Of a DNA stretch of 48,925 bases, positions 1-10,428 are shown piece after piece. Source of the DNA: a virus (lineage: Duplodnaviria; Heunggongvirae; Uroviricota; Caudoviricetes); the IMG/VR virus record IMGVR_UViG_3300045988_151382; one strand, written 5' to 3'. A model generated the notes under the pieces. That model was not told the DNA's origin. It was given only the letters and a program-made list of their open reading frames with translations, and searched no databases. A program made the translations under genes and the position numbers. Position 1 is the stretch's first letter, and every line of letters starts with the position of its first letter.

Positions 1-836
1 AAAGCTGATTTATCCTGGATATCTGCACCGTTCTGATTTTTCGCCAGACGTGAATTTGCGTTGTCATTTGCTGCCTTGACCGCTTTTGGCGTTGCCGCCT
101 GCGTTTCAGACGTACTGTTAGTGGCACTACTGAGCTGAACTATCCCTTTTTGTGCCGTGGTGGCATTCTGGGCGGTATATTTTCCGTCAGCCAGGTCATA
201 TGCAGCCTTAACAGCCTTAGGCGTCGCTGCGAGCTTTTCAGACGTGCTATTGGTGGCATTACTGAGTTGAACAATGCCTTTTGATGTTAAAGTTGCATCA
301 GGATGATTACGTGATTGCTCATGTTTTACAATAGCTTGCTTAAGCCGCTTTGCTGAAACAGCCAGGGAATCATCTGTACCTGCATCAATTTCTTGTTCAT
401 TAGCAAATCTTGCTACTCCAACAACAGTTTCGGTTGCGGGAGGGTTAATAAACTCAACATCACCAAATGTAATGTTTTTAGTATCAAGATTTTTAATTGC
501 TATATCACTTGATATTAAAGCAATTGTAGAAGATGCTTTATTTATTATTACTTGTTCTTGCGAGTATACAGCAAACAATGTTCCTTTATTTGTATACAAA
601 CCTATTGTATGGACAACATACTCATCTTTACTATCATCCTTCGCAGTTACATGAATGGTATCAGGAGAAACGACTTTGCCTCCTATTGTGGTAAGTCGCT
701 TTATTTCATCTGTTATTTTTGTTTGTGTGGTTGATGTGGCATAATATCTACTACCTAAACCAACAGAAACGATCTCAACTTTATTTGTTCCAGTCTTGTT
801 GGCATTAACCAGCGCCTTACGCCCGGCGTCAGTCAT
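1..836 (-). CDS. Tail fiber protein, N-terminal portion; ORF starts at ATG 836 and continues across the circular junction into 46847..48836
   Basis: Hand translation from ATG at 836 gives MTDAGRKALVNANKTG... with two diverged copies of the tail-fiber repeat GIVQLS-ATNSTSE-AATPKAVKAA; no stop before position 1; frame matches the ORF ending at 46847. Confidence 0.75.
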   Translation of the reverse strand, partial: MTDAGRKALVNANKTGTNKVEIVSVGLGSRYYATSTTQTKITDEIKRLTTIGGKVVSPDTIHVTAKDDSKDEYVVHTIGLYTNKGTLFAVYSQEQVIINKASSTIALISSDIAIKNLDTKNITFGDVEFINPPATETVVGVARFANEQEIDAGTDDSLAVSAKRLKQAIVKHEQSRNHPDATLTSKGIVQLSNATNSTSEKLAATPKAVKAAYDLADGKYTAQNATTAQKGIVQLSSATNSTSETQAATPKAVKAANDNANSRLAKNQNGADIQDKSA

Positions 837-887
837 CGTAAATAATAATTTACTCACGCTTAATTCCTTGGATTAACAAATCGCAAA

Positions 888-1469
888 TTAGCACTCACCA
901 ATTAATCGTACATAAGACACAGGCTGGAAAGCACCGACAATACCAACACCACCTGAAACATTGGTTGCTTGCGAAAATGTAAATAGTGTTCTTGCCGACT
1001 TTGCACTCTTGATACTTCTTAACGTATCCTCCAACATCTCTTTCGAAGGAACAGCACCATCAAAAGAGTTAATCGAAGCAACAATTGAGGCTGTATATGG
1101 TTCGCCAGGTGGTGATGTTTCAAACCATTCTGTTATGTTTACCTCTCCACCCAAGCTATTTACTACATCTTCAACCGCTGCCCTTGTACCCTTTATTCGC
1201 TTTGTTCGTATTATTGATTTAAAAACAGAACGCTTTAACAATACAGGCCAACTATCCCTCCATGTATCAGCATTCCATTGCCAAGCTAAATGATCGAGAA
1301 CAACTGAGTCCAGGTTATCAACAACGCTATATATTTCTGTCTTATATATTAAATTGTTAATTGCTTGTAGTTCATCATCAATAGCTTTCGACATAGCTAT
1401 CACGTTGGGATCGCTAGCTAAGTTAGGAGGTAAAACATCCAACAAGCTAACATTAAAGATATCAGCCAT
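888..1469 (-). CDS. Tail/baseplate protein, P2 gpI-like
   Basis: 193 aa ORF; position between baseplate J-like and tail fiber genes; N-terminal LLDVLPPN motif typical of gpI family. Confidence 0.6.
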   Translation of the reverse strand: MADIFNVSLLDVLPPNLASDPNVIAMSKAIDDELQAINNLIYKTEIYSVVDNLDSVVLDHLAWQWNADTWRDSWPVLLKRSVFKSIIRTKRIKGTRAAVEDVVNSLGGEVNITEWFETSPPGEPYTASIVASINSFDGAVPSKEMLEDTLRSIKSAKSARTLFTFSQATNVSGGVGIVGAFQPVSYVRLIGEC

Positions 1470-2586
1470 CCTCTAACCCCGCATACTGGCAATTTATATT
1501 TCTCTCTCTGGCGACCTGTGTCTCTCCAATCACAGTAAAAACAGGACTTGATATTTCTAATCTTTTAGCCCCAGCATTTTTTAAACGTTGAATAATTTCA
1601 TCTGGATTTATATCTCTTCCCATAACCGAACGTTGCCATTGTTTATACTCATCAATAGCTTTCTCAACCTCACTTTGAATTAAAGTTGTTCTGTTTTTGT
1701 CCGATGAGTTAATCCAGTATTTAATTATTATATCGTATTCAATGCTCTCTGGTTTCTTAACAAGAACTTTATCTGTGAATGGTCGAATATTAGTTGCAGA
1801 GAGAACGCTATTTATCTGCTCTAATAGTTCATTAGAAGGTATATCTCCGTTCTCTAACAAAGAACGGATTTCTACAATTCCGGGCGATGGTGTATATACA
1901 TTCACATCTTTTATATTCTGATTGGCTGTTCTTGTCCAATATTTATAAGAATCCTCCGGCCCTGCTGTAGACAGTTTTTCCGGCGACAGTTTTATTCTTT
2001 CAGCATAATTATCATCTGACTCCGTATCAGCACCAGAATTAGATGTTGTTACATTCCTTACGCTGGAAACATACGGCAACGGAGTCACCAACTCATTTAT
2101 TTGCCCTGGTAAAAAGCCATTCCCAGATAAACCAGGTATAACAGCATATCCTGAGACTGTACCAACTGTTTTCCCAGCAGGTATTTCCAACAAAATATCT
2201 GTTTGGAAAATAACACCATTTCCAGTTGAAACTTGAGTGCCAGCAGGTATTGTATATATCCCCGATAATTTTGTTGACAGATTAAACTCAAATGTAGTCA
2301 AGGCAGATTGAGCTTCCAGCCTAGGCGTATCCGTCAGATAGCCTATATGGTCGAGATATTCACCTTCACCATATGTAAGAAGGTTTTGTTTTGCAGAAAA
2401 ATCGATAGCTTTTCTTTGCTGTATAATAATCTCACACAATGATAAGATGAATAATCTACGTGGATCAGCAGGTGCTAATGTTTCACCTGTTATACTCTCA
2501 AAAGCCCTGATTGAACGAGTTGTTATATCAGTCGGGTTAGAATCTGCGAAAGTAATATCTGGCAAACCACCACGCGGCAACGTCAT
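1462..2586 (-). CDS. Baseplate protein J-like
   Basis: 374 aa ORF; size and gene order W-J-I-fiber as in P2/Mu baseplate modules. Confidence 0.65.
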   Translation of the reverse strand: MTLPRGGLPDITFADSNPTDITTRSIRAFESITGETLAPADPRRLFILSLCEIIIQQRKAIDFSAKQNLLTYGEGEYLDHIGYLTDTPRLEAQSALTTFEFNLSTKLSGIYTIPAGTQVSTGNGVIFQTDILLEIPAGKTVGTVSGYAVIPGLSGNGFLPGQINELVTPLPYVSSVRNVTTSNSGADTESDDNYAERIKLSPEKLSTAGPEDSYKYWTRTANQNIKDVNVYTPSPGIVEIRSLLENGDIPSNELLEQINSVLSATNIRPFTDKVLVKKPESIEYDIIIKYWINSSDKNRTTLIQSEVEKAIDEYKQWQRSVMGRDINPDEIIQRLKNAGAKRLEISSPVFTVIGETQVARERNINCQYAGLEDG

Positions 2587-2903
2587 TCTCTAACTCCTAT
2601 CACAAGTTTTGGCCTAATAAAACCATCAGAAACGTCCGTTCTTTCAAAAGTAACAGAATGGATAATCGCTCTAGGCTCAAACTCACTAATTTTTTGAATT
2701 ATTTCTCGTGTTGCTGTAGCAATAAAAATTGGACTAGGGCTATCAACAAGACTTGAATTAATTCCTAATTTTCTGGCATATGGTACAGTGCCAATTTGAG
2801 TATTAATAATAGTAGAGACATTTTGCAAAACTTCTTCTACAACTGTTTTGGGCGACCAATCAATCGAGTAAGAAGGTGATGATATGGTAAACGTATTATT
2901 CAT
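2583..2903 (-). CDS. Baseplate protein W (gp25-like)
   Basis: 106 aa ORF immediately upstream of J-like gene with 4-nt overlap; size and position typical. Confidence 0.6.
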   Translation of the reverse strand: MNNTFTISSPSYSIDWSPKTVVEEVLQNVSTIINTQIGTVPYARKLGINSSLVDSPSPIFIATATREIIQKISEFEPRAIIHSVTFERTDVSDGFIRPKLVIGVRE

Positions 2904-3367
2904 AATAATTTACCTAACGCACTTCTAGTTTTTGACTCTATATTGCCAGCAATATCAACTAATGCTTCTTTCAGAGAGGTCTGTCCGACTTCCTGTAATT
3001 TAATGCCGACGATAATCACTCGTGGATTCCCAGTTGGACCGAAATAAGTCCATGATTCCTCTATATCTGTAATTATAAAATTACCAAAATACTGAATACC
3101 AATTACAACAGGATTTACTTCCTGAATTGATTGCATTGTCCTAAGTAATGAAAGCGCAGCCAATGGAACAATGCCAAGTGTTGTATCCAACCGCATATTA
3201 AAACTAACTTCATCCAGATCTGGACCTATATCCTCCAGAACAGGTTTAAGCCCAATAACATCATGGCGCGCTACACGACGCTTTGACGTCCTTTTAAAAT
3301 TGTTGAACGTATTCACCACTATTGATGAGGCAACAAAAGGCATTGTACCAAGCATACCCACAATCAT
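2900..3367 (-). CDS. Baseplate-associated protein, unassigned
   Basis: 155 aa ORF translationally coupled between V-like and W-like genes. Confidence 0.4.
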   Translation of the reverse strand: MIVGMLGTMPFVASSIVVNTFNNFKRTSKRRVARHDVIGLKPVLEDIGPDLDEVSFNMRLDTTLGIVPLAALSLLRTMQSIQEVNPVVIGIQYFGNFIITDIEESWTYFGPTGNPRVIIVGIKLQEVGQTSLKEALVDIAGNIESKTRSALGKLL

Positions 3368-3984
3368 GCCTGAGCCTCCGTTGTCGGAGCGTATTCCCCC
3401 TGAGCTGTGTGATGGTGGCCTTTAGATTTAATCCCATCAACATCTATATCACCACCAACAACCTTAACATTCCCAGAAATTGTAGCTGCAACACCTCCAG
3501 CAGAAGATCCTTTCATTCCACCTTTGAAGGTTAGTAATCCTTCAACTGTAGCATTTCCGGTAATGATGGTTTCTGGAGCATCAATAGTTACGGTTCCTGT
3601 AGCCTTAATGGTTACATCTCCGACAGCATCAACAAGGAGTAAATTAGATTCTCTGTCTATCTCAATACGAGTTCCGTTATTAAATCTAATGACGCGTTTA
3701 TTAACAGTATTAGATGGCGGCTTCTGTGTTTCATCATAAAAACTACCAAGAATAAAACCTTGTTGCGGCCCCGCGGGATGAAAGATACACAAAACTTGCT
3801 CACCAATATCTGGCATCCAGTAATCAGCATTCTTATCTGTATTTTTCACAATAACTGATAACTTTGCCGAAGTGACGTTATCCTGATCATCGAAAGTAAC
3901 TCTTGCTGTAACATCACCATCATCAATATCAGAAACAACGCCAACTCTTATAGTCTGACGTAATAATGTTTCTAAATCATTCAT
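3364..3984 (-). CDS. Baseplate spike/hub protein V-like
   Basis: 206 aa ORF; OB-fold-like N-terminus and beta-rich C-terminus with GG-repeats; position typical of gpV. Confidence 0.55.
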   Translation of the reverse strand: MNDLETLLRQTIRVGVVSDIDDGDVTARVTFDDQDNVTSAKLSVIVKNTDKNADYWMPDIGEQVLCIFHPAGPQQGFILGSFYDETQKPPSNTVNKRVIRFNNGTRIEIDRESNLLLVDAVGDVTIKATGTVTIDAPETIITGNATVEGLLTFKGGMKGSSAGGVAATISGNVKVVGGDIDVDGIKSKGHHHTAQGEYAPTTEAQA

Positions 3985-3986
3985 AA

Positions 3987-4988
3987 TTAATACCCATTAA
4001 TTACTCTTCGGACATCAATCGAGGTGGTATAACCACTAGTCCCAATTGAATGCACAGCTTTCGATATAAGATATTTTCCAGAAAATGAACCGAATCCCTC
4101 CAGATTTATAGTTACACCAGCTACCAATCTGGTGTCTCCAACCAATACTAAAGATCCGGTATTTTGATATCTATTTTTAAGCCGCAAAGCAGCCTTTGCC
4201 TTACGTTTTGCTTCATCTAAATTAGCTACCAGTTTTCTTATCTTAAGATTCGACCCTTCTTCTACGGATGGATCTACCCAAGTATACGAAAGCGACTTTC
4301 TTTTTTTAGGTACGCGATATTTGCACGTGCAACTTTTATACAAATCTGTAGATTGTGTGCTAAAGCTATATCTGATTATCTCATCAATACCTAACGTAAG
4401 CGTAGCGATAGGATCTTTTTGCTCAAACATCTCTTGAGCAAATATTATTAATTGGCTATCAGTGACCTTTAACGACAACCCTTCATCCTGGCAAAGTCGA
4501 TGGAGAAATTTTAAATCGCTTTCCTCCATTTGATCTTCACGCGCATAATATGGATTACTATCACCATCAATAAGAAACAACAGTTCAAGGTTAGCTAATT
4601 TAGCTATAGAAGTTGCTATATCTTTAAGAGTTGTTTTTTCCCATGCATTACTTTTTAAATCACGTCTAATGCCTGATGAAACAGGAACAGAAACAGCAGT
4701 TACCTCAACCACAGAAGGTGGTCCAGAGCAAGTTATGCCATCTACCTGGAATTTCCCGCACTCAAGGACGATTTGATTTATAGGCTTAAAGCTCAAATCA
4801 ATAAAATCACCCTTTTTAGGTGTCCAGTCTCCAGACCATTTCCCATCATCATTTTTTAATATAATAGAAATATCATCGACCTGACCATCTTCATTATCTG
4901 TATAAGACATTGACAAAACATCAGGTGACATATGAGCGGTAATATTTACATTCTGATATATAACATCAAAAAGCGTTTTACGTAACAC
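3987..4988 (-). CDS. Tail protein D-like (late control D family)
   Basis: 333 aa ORF directly downstream of tape measure and X-like gene, as in P2 T-U/X-D order. Confidence 0.55.
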   Translation of the reverse strand: MLRKTLFDVIYQNVNITAHMSPDVLSMSYTDNEDGQVDDISIILKNDDGKWSGDWTPKKGDFIDLSFKPINQIVLECGKFQVDGITCSGPPSVVEVTAVSVPVSSGIRRDLKSNAWEKTTLKDIATSIAKLANLELLFLIDGDSNPYYAREDQMEESDLKFLHRLCQDEGLSLKVTDSQLIIFAQEMFEQKDPIATLTLGIDEIIRYSFSTQSTDLYKSCTCKYRVPKKRKSLSYTWVDPSVEEGSNLKIRKLVANLDEAKRKAKAALRLKNRYQNTGSLVLVGDTRLVAGVTINLEGFGSFSGKYLISKAVHSIGTSGYTTSIDVRRVINGY

Positions 4989-5196
4989 TATTGCGTCTCC
5001 ACGGAGGAAAATTGTTTACTGATATTGGCATAACCGGAGCATCAGGAACTTTAAGAATAATCCCCGCAGAAAAAAGCACCGTAAAGCGGTGCTCAGTATT
5101 AGCATCAATAAGAAGATAAGACAGGTACTCATTACCATACAACTTTAAAGCGATACTATCCCATGAGTCCCCTTGAACCGTTCTATAATCATCCAA
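4978..5196 (-). CDS. Tail protein X-like with LysM-like motif
   Basis: 72 aa ORF, motif DSWDSIALKLYG resembles LysM; located just after tape measure gene. Confidence 0.5.
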   Translation of the reverse strand: MDDYRTVQGDSWDSIALKLYGNEYLSYLLIDANTEHRFTVLFSAGIILKVPDAPVMPISVNNFPPWRRNSVT

Positions 5197-7981
5197 AACT
5201 TAATCTCCGTTGTTGGAACATATGAGCACTCAATTTCTTCTCAAAATCAGAATATCCCGCATCTAATGCTCTTTTAGCTGCCGCCTCAGTTTCCTTTGGT
5301 GAACCAGCCGGAAGATTGATTACAGGTGAATAGGTTATTCCACCAGTCACAGCGTTAACGTTCTGGCGAGGTCCAGAAGTCCCGGCGGCAGATATCCCGT
5401 GAGGTGATAAATTTGATTGCCCGAACTTGCTTGCTATTGCATTCTGTAAGCTGTTATTCCTGCTAACACCTGATGCCAGAGTAGTCATTATTGCACCACC
5501 TGACTTTGTTAGCTGTGAGAATGGACCTTTTTTCGCGTCAGAGAACGGTAAATACTCACGTACAGAAGAAAAAACGCCTTTCACTTCATTAATTAAAGCA
5601 TTTGCTTTTGATTTTATCCCAGTGATTAACGTCTCAATTATTTTTGCGCCTGACTCACTCCAGTTTATTCCAGATAAATAAGTCGTTACAGATTGGAATG
5701 CTCTTATAAAGAGTCCAACTGGTGAAAAACGCATAAAAACAGATACCAGTGTATCTATGATTTTCTTTCCTGTTTCGCTCCAGTTAATGCCAGAAAGGTA
5801 ATTTGTTGTAATTTTAAATGCTTTAATTAAGAACGGAAGCGGAGACATCCATTTAAAAGCACTAATTAATGTACTGTAAATTCTTACACCTGCCGAACTC
5901 CAGTTTATGTTGGAAAGATAATCCCATGCTTTACCAAACATAGATATAATCCATCCATTGAGGTCAAAGTTTAAGATAAAGTTTTTTATAGCCTCAAATG
6001 ATTTAACTGTATATTCCTTAACAGAAGGCCAAACTCTGACAGCATAATCTCTGATCTTATCCCAATTCTGATAGAGCAATATTCCTGCGGCAACCAGCGC
6101 AGATATAGCCATCTGAATCCACCCGAAGGGTGTTAGCTTTGTCGCTACAGATAAAGCCAGCATAGCTACCCTACACGCTATAACCACACTTTTCATGGTT
6201 AGAAACGCACCTGCCGCCATCACTATCTGAGACACAAAATTGGGGTTGTTAGCTACAAATTCACTAATTTTTGTAATCAGCGGAACCAAAACACTAAGCG
6301 CGGCATTCAAAGCAGGTTGCAAGGCCTGACCAAAACTTAATGATGCATTGCTAGCCTGAATACGTAATTGTTTCAATCGCTCCGCATTATCTTTCGTTAT
6401 GTTGGCAAAATCGCGGTCAATAACAGCACTTCCAGCTCCAAGAGATGTTGCTTTGATTCTCTGGTATTCCTTCCAGTTTTGAATCATCGGACGAACAAAG
6501 TTCTGAACCTGCATATCGCCAAATAGTTCACCAAGTAACTTCTGATCTCCGTTCTTAGTCATTTTCATGACAGAATGCATTGCAGCTTCGAATGGATTCT
6601 TCCCTTTTTTCTGCGCTGTTGTAACAATTTTATATAAATCTACACCGAAATTTTTCTTTGCTTTTTTTAGTGTTTCAGGGGAAAGTATTTTTGCCAAAAA
6701 GTTGTTCATATTATTAGCAGCCTCATCCGAAGTTGCAGCCCCCTTGCGAGCTATCTGCAAAGCTGCACCCATCGTCGCGGCTGCTTCTTTACCTCCCATT
6801 TTTAATGCCTGGAACTGAGCACCAAGCACAGGAAGATTTTTGGCCATATCTTTAAATTCAAAGTTCCCCTCTTTCCCTGCCTGAACCAGAATCCCCATTG
6901 CAGACTTCATTTGAGATGGATCAATCTTCAATGAGTCACTTAATGTAAATGATGCTTTCGAGACATCGAGGATATCAGAGCCAGTAGCTGTAGCTGTTCG
7001 CCCAATAGTTAGTAGATTCGCCTGAGCCTCTTTATAATCCTGCCCAGCAGCGACGAGAAAACCCTGAGCGGCCTGAATATCAGATGCAAACTGGTTGGTA
7101 GCCGTTCCGGTAACAAGCATCGCCTGCCCCATCGCCTGAACTTCTTCCGGCTTCATATCTGCCGTAAGACCAATCATTTTGTTTTCACGATTGAAATTTG
7201 CTGCATTGTTAGCAGCAGCAAATGCACCAGCCGCTACAGCACCAGTTTGTAATCCTGACCTTACAAGTTGACTCTTTGCCTCACCAAGATGCTCTCGCTT
7301 CAATTCACGCTGCCTTTCCAACGCGCGGTTTAACTCCTCCTGAGCACGTTTTACTGCAAGAACATTTTTCCGTGCTTCAGCCAACGCATTTTTATAGCTG
7401 TTAATTTTATCAATACGTTGTTTTTCTAATGCCCGGTTAAGTTCCTCCTGCTGTTTTTTCACTTGCTGAACATTTGCTCTGGCTAAAGCCAAAGCCGTTC
7501 TGTAGCGGTTAACCTGCTCAACGCTACGGGCCTGAGCCTCACGATTACGATCAATGCTGGCTTTAAGCTCTTTCTCTCTTGAGGCCAAAGCTCTGGCAGA
7601 TGTATCAGCTCCCTGATAGGCAGACTTTAAAGCGGCCAGTTCTTCACGCTGAGAACGTAGTGATGCTCGTAAATTCGATGAATGTGTTTTTGCCTTCTCA
7701 AAGTCACGAAGCATCGCTCTGGTTGGATTGGCCGTGTTTTTTATTTGCTTCTGTAACTCTTCAACGCGAGCGGCAGCTTTATGATATTCGAGGGCAGTCT
7801 GTCCAACCTTTACTTTTACAGATTGTAGCTTTTGAATTTCCCCATGTTCTTTCGTTAATCCAGCAAGCTCGGCATTTAATTTAGCAACAGCCTGATTAGC
7901 TGTAGTAAAACTTTTGGGGAGAGAGGCGGCAACTTTGCCGCCAATTTCAAAAGCCAGCTTAAAGTTCTTATTGCTGGCCAT
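5189..7981 (-). CDS. Tail tape measure protein
   Basis: 930 aa ORF, N-terminal coiled-coil rich in A/K/E/Q, multiple hydrophobic segments, C-terminal region; position after chaperone pair. Confidence 0.8.
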   Translation of the reverse strand: MASNKNFKLAFEIGGKVAASLPKSFTTANQAVAKLNAELAGLTKEHGEIQKLQSVKVKVGQTALEYHKAAARVEELQKQIKNTANPTRAMLRDFEKAKTHSSNLRASLRSQREELAALKSAYQGADTSARALASREKELKASIDRNREAQARSVEQVNRYRTALALARANVQQVKKQQEELNRALEKQRIDKINSYKNALAEARKNVLAVKRAQEELNRALERQRELKREHLGEAKSQLVRSGLQTGAVAAGAFAAANNAANFNRENKMIGLTADMKPEEVQAMGQAMLVTGTATNQFASDIQAAQGFLVAAGQDYKEAQANLLTIGRTATATGSDILDVSKASFTLSDSLKIDPSQMKSAMGILVQAGKEGNFEFKDMAKNLPVLGAQFQALKMGGKEAAATMGAALQIARKGAATSDEAANNMNNFLAKILSPETLKKAKKNFGVDLYKIVTTAQKKGKNPFEAAMHSVMKMTKNGDQKLLGELFGDMQVQNFVRPMIQNWKEYQRIKATSLGAGSAVIDRDFANITKDNAERLKQLRIQASNASLSFGQALQPALNAALSVLVPLITKISEFVANNPNFVSQIVMAAGAFLTMKSVVIACRVAMLALSVATKLTPFGWIQMAISALVAAGILLYQNWDKIRDYAVRVWPSVKEYTVKSFEAIKNFILNFDLNGWIISMFGKAWDYLSNINWSSAGVRIYSTLISAFKWMSPLPFLIKAFKITTNYLSGINWSETGKKIIDTLVSVFMRFSPVGLFIRAFQSVTTYLSGINWSESGAKIIETLITGIKSKANALINEVKGVFSSVREYLPFSDAKKGPFSQLTKSGGAIMTTLASGVSRNNSLQNAIASKFGQSNLSPHGISAAGTSGPRQNVNAVTGGITYSPVINLPAGSPKETEAAAKRALDAGYSDFEKKLSAHMFQQRRLSFG

Positions 7982-7986
7982 TAGTA

Positions 7987-8169
7987 TTAATCCTCATTAA
8001 ACACGTCAATCCATGCGACGATTCGCCTCAACCGAAGCGAAAGCCAGTAGGATATAGGTGTTGATTGAGATGATTGAGATAGAGAACTCGCGGCCCTCAT
8101 TATTTGCTTATCAATAGGTTTTTGCTCATCAAAACCTACGAGAGCAAAAAATTCTGTACCTTTTGACAA
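7987..8169 (-). CDS. Tail assembly chaperone frameshift extension (E-prime-like)
   Basis: 60 aa ORF overlapping the 3-prime end of 8136..8417 in the -1 frame; slippery heptamer present in the overlap. Confidence 0.5.
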   Translation of the reverse strand: MSKGTEFFALVGFDEQKPIDKQIMRAASSLSQSSQSTPISYWLSLRLRRIVAWIDVFNED

Positions 8170-8417
8170 ACTTTAACAAAGTCTTTCGCTGGTAATCCAT
8201 TCAGATACTCTATTGGACGACCAATACAGCGAGCAGCCAAGGCTGCATGGACTTTATTATCAAGTGATGTTTGAACTGAAACATGCCCTTGAGATTGCAG
8301 TAAGTCCGATACCTCTAAAATATCACTGCCTTTTAGGTTGTCTAAATCAAGGTTGAGTTCAGTCACTGGCTCAAAGTCTTCAAAACGATATTCTTTACTT
8401 AATTTAACGGTTTCCAT
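8136..8417 (-). CDS. Tail assembly chaperone (gpE-like)
   Basis: 93 aa acidic ORF between tube and tape measure genes; ends with codons AAT TTT TTG CTC TCG TAG. Confidence 0.6.
   Translation of the reverse strand: METVKLSKEYRFEDFEPVTELNLDLDNLKGSDILEVSDLLQSQGHVSVQTSLDNKVHAALAARCIGRPIEYLNGLPAKDFVKVCQKVQNFLLS
8143..8151 (-). other. Candidate programmed -1 ribosomal frameshift site (TTTTTTG slippery heptamer)
   Basis: Minus-strand sequence GAATTTTTTGCTC at the end of the chaperone ORF, same heptamer class as P2 E/E-prime. Confidence 0.5.
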
Positions 8418-8426
8418 TTTTTCACC

Positions 8427-8948
8427 TTATAAACCTAAATCATCACGAACAGTTTTTAATATATCTTCGCCATCAAAGATACAAATAAAGTTCAACTTAT
8501 CAATTTCTAAGACTTCTTTCCCATCAATAAATAATTTGATATAGAGAACTTCGAATTCATTTTCTGAATCAGTGGCCTTTGCTACCTGTAGCGAACCTAA
8601 ATCCAGTTTTTTAGGGTTTAGCTTCATTGAAGCCCGAATAGGAACCGTTTTATATTTTCCTGTTCCTGCATCATAAACCTGCTGGCTACCGCGAAAATCT
8701 ACCTGATGCGATGAGGATAGAAATAATTTTGTACCAGCAGAGGTCAGAGTTCGCCATTTAAGAGAGACAGTCATTGGTTTGAAATGCCCCAGCGTTCCGC
8801 TCTCAAGCTCTCCAGCGATACCTGCACCACTAACAGTTTCTGTCATCATCTCAATTGATGGCAGCTTTGCGTCAGCAACACCGATAATACGGTTTCCTTC
8901 ACCGTATACTGTAAAGTTAATAAGTCTCTCAGGAATTTGATTGCTCAA
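8427..8948 (-). CDS. Tail tube protein
   Basis: 173 aa ORF directly downstream of sheath gene; size matches contractile-tail tube proteins. Confidence 0.6.
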   Translation of the reverse strand: MSNQIPERLINFTVYGEGNRIIGVADAKLPSIEMMTETVSGAGIAGELESGTLGHFKPMTVSLKWRTLTSAGTKLFLSSSHQVDFRGSQQVYDAGTGKYKTVPIRASMKLNPKKLDLGSLQVAKATDSENEFEVLYIKLFIDGKEVLEIDKLNFICIFDGEDILKTVRDDLGL

Positions 8949-8964
8949 AGCAACCTCCTATTAT

Positions 8965-10428
8965 TTATTCAGAAAACAAGTTCAGCAGATAATCAGGATT
9001 ATATTCCATGACGAACTCTATATCTCTGGCAGGTGAGAATGGTGTCATTTTCACATGGAATTTAACAATCCCGTCCATCAATGACGTAATCGTGTTTTCA
9101 GACTGATCAAAGGTAACAACACCACCTGCAATATCCTGATTACCAGTGAGGCCGTTAAGCCAAATATTCGCACTAGTAACAATCGATTCAATTAATCGAC
9201 GGTTTGCAGGATTGTCTATTTTTGACCAATGCGAAAGAATTAACGTATTACCCACCCAGTTAAACATACGTCGGCAAACACGAAATGCGTCTTTGGGGTC
9301 TGTAGATGTTGGATAAATAGCATTACGGTTTCCCCATGATTTCCAACCATCAAAATTAAGGCTTGTTACAATCCCCTGTCCATTTAAGTAGTTTGCCTGG
9401 CTAATGTTAAGCCATACCTCACTGCCATCTTTACGTACAGCACCGTCCATCTGTAGTTTTATATTTGACGGAGAACGTGATGGAATATCACCATACTGAC
9501 TATCCAGCAAGCATGTTGCTGCCGCTAAATGGGTTGAGTGATGGTAAATATTGTCACCAAGTTTCACCATCGGCCAGCACACTGTCTGGTTAGCTGCCAT
9601 ATGATTATTGTTCTGCTTCCATTCAGGAACAGCAGAATAATCACTGATAGTAGATTTATCAGTCGGCGCATCGGTGATAGCTTCTGCTTTGAACAATTCA
9701 CTAATCAGCGCAGCTTTAGCCGCCATTAGCTGGCCAACTTCACTATCAGAACTAAATCCAGGCGCAATCACTTGTCCTGGAACTAGTTTGAAGCGGGGAT
9801 AAACATCCGACAGTAACTCAAGCCCCGTATTCGCTTTAGTGTTGGAATCCACGCCACCAATAATATCGTTTTTAGTTACAGCCCCGGGATCAAGATACGT
9901 ATAACTAACCTTAAGAGTGGCGTCTTTTTCAGTAACTTTTCCTCCGCTAATAGCGGTAATGACCGTATAGCCATTATCATCCAGCGCCAGTACATAATCT
10001 GTATCAACCGTTAACCCTGGAGAATCACCATCTGCTTTTTTCACAACAACAGATTTATATAAGACACCATCGTTAGAGAGCGTACCTTTCCCGCCAGAAA
10101 GTTTTACTACCTCATCAGTTACGTCTTTCTTATGCTTTGCTGGATCAAGCACATTGATAAATACAACTGGCGCAACACCATATATTCCAAATGCGACTTT
10201 AATTACTTCGCTTAAAGTATATTTCTCGAAGTTTGTGCTATATCCTATTTTAGATACGGCCTCTGCGTATGTATAAGCAATGATAGGTTTATTTACCGCT
10301 GAGGCTGGATCTTCTAACTGATTAACAGGAGCTGTACCAAATGCGACAATCAACCCAGCACTAACTTGTACTGGAGGAGTTATAGATGTAGCCAGCTCAG
10401 ATATATAAATACCGTGGCGATATCCCAT
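8965..10428 (-). CDS. Tail sheath protein
   Basis: 487 aa ORF upstream of tube; size and order typical of contractile tails. Confidence 0.65.
   Translation of the reverse strand: MGYRHGIYISELATSITPPVQVSAGLIVAFGTAPVNQLEDPASAVNKPIIAYTYAEAVSKIGYSTNFEKYTLSEVIKVAFGIYGVAPVVFINVLDPAKHKKDVTDEVVKLSGGKGTLSNDGVLYKSVVVKKADGDSPGLTVDTDYVLALDDNGYTVITAISGGKVTEKDATLKVSYTYLDPGAVTKNDIIGGVDSNTKANTGLELLSDVYPRFKLVPGQVIAPGFSSDSEVGQLMAAKAALISELFKAEAITDAPTDKSTISDYSAVPEWKQNNNHMAANQTVCWPMVKLGDNIYHHSTHLAAATCLLDSQYGDIPSRSPSNIKLQMDGAVRKDGSEVWLNISQANYLNGQGIVTSLNFDGWKSWGNRNAIYPTSTDPKDAFRVCRRMFNWVGNTLILSHWSKIDNPANRRLIESIVTSANIWLNGLTGNQDIAGGVVTFDQSENTITSLMDGIVKFHVKMTPFSPARDIEFVMEYNPDYLLNLFSE

Noticed and set aside
961-1293. 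Plus-strand ORFs antisense to structural genes (for example 961..1293, 1697..1921, 16608..17204, 5427..5681)
   Set aside because: They lie entirely inside long, well-supported minus-strand genes, lack ribosome-binding sites and have odd composition; treated as shadow ORFs.
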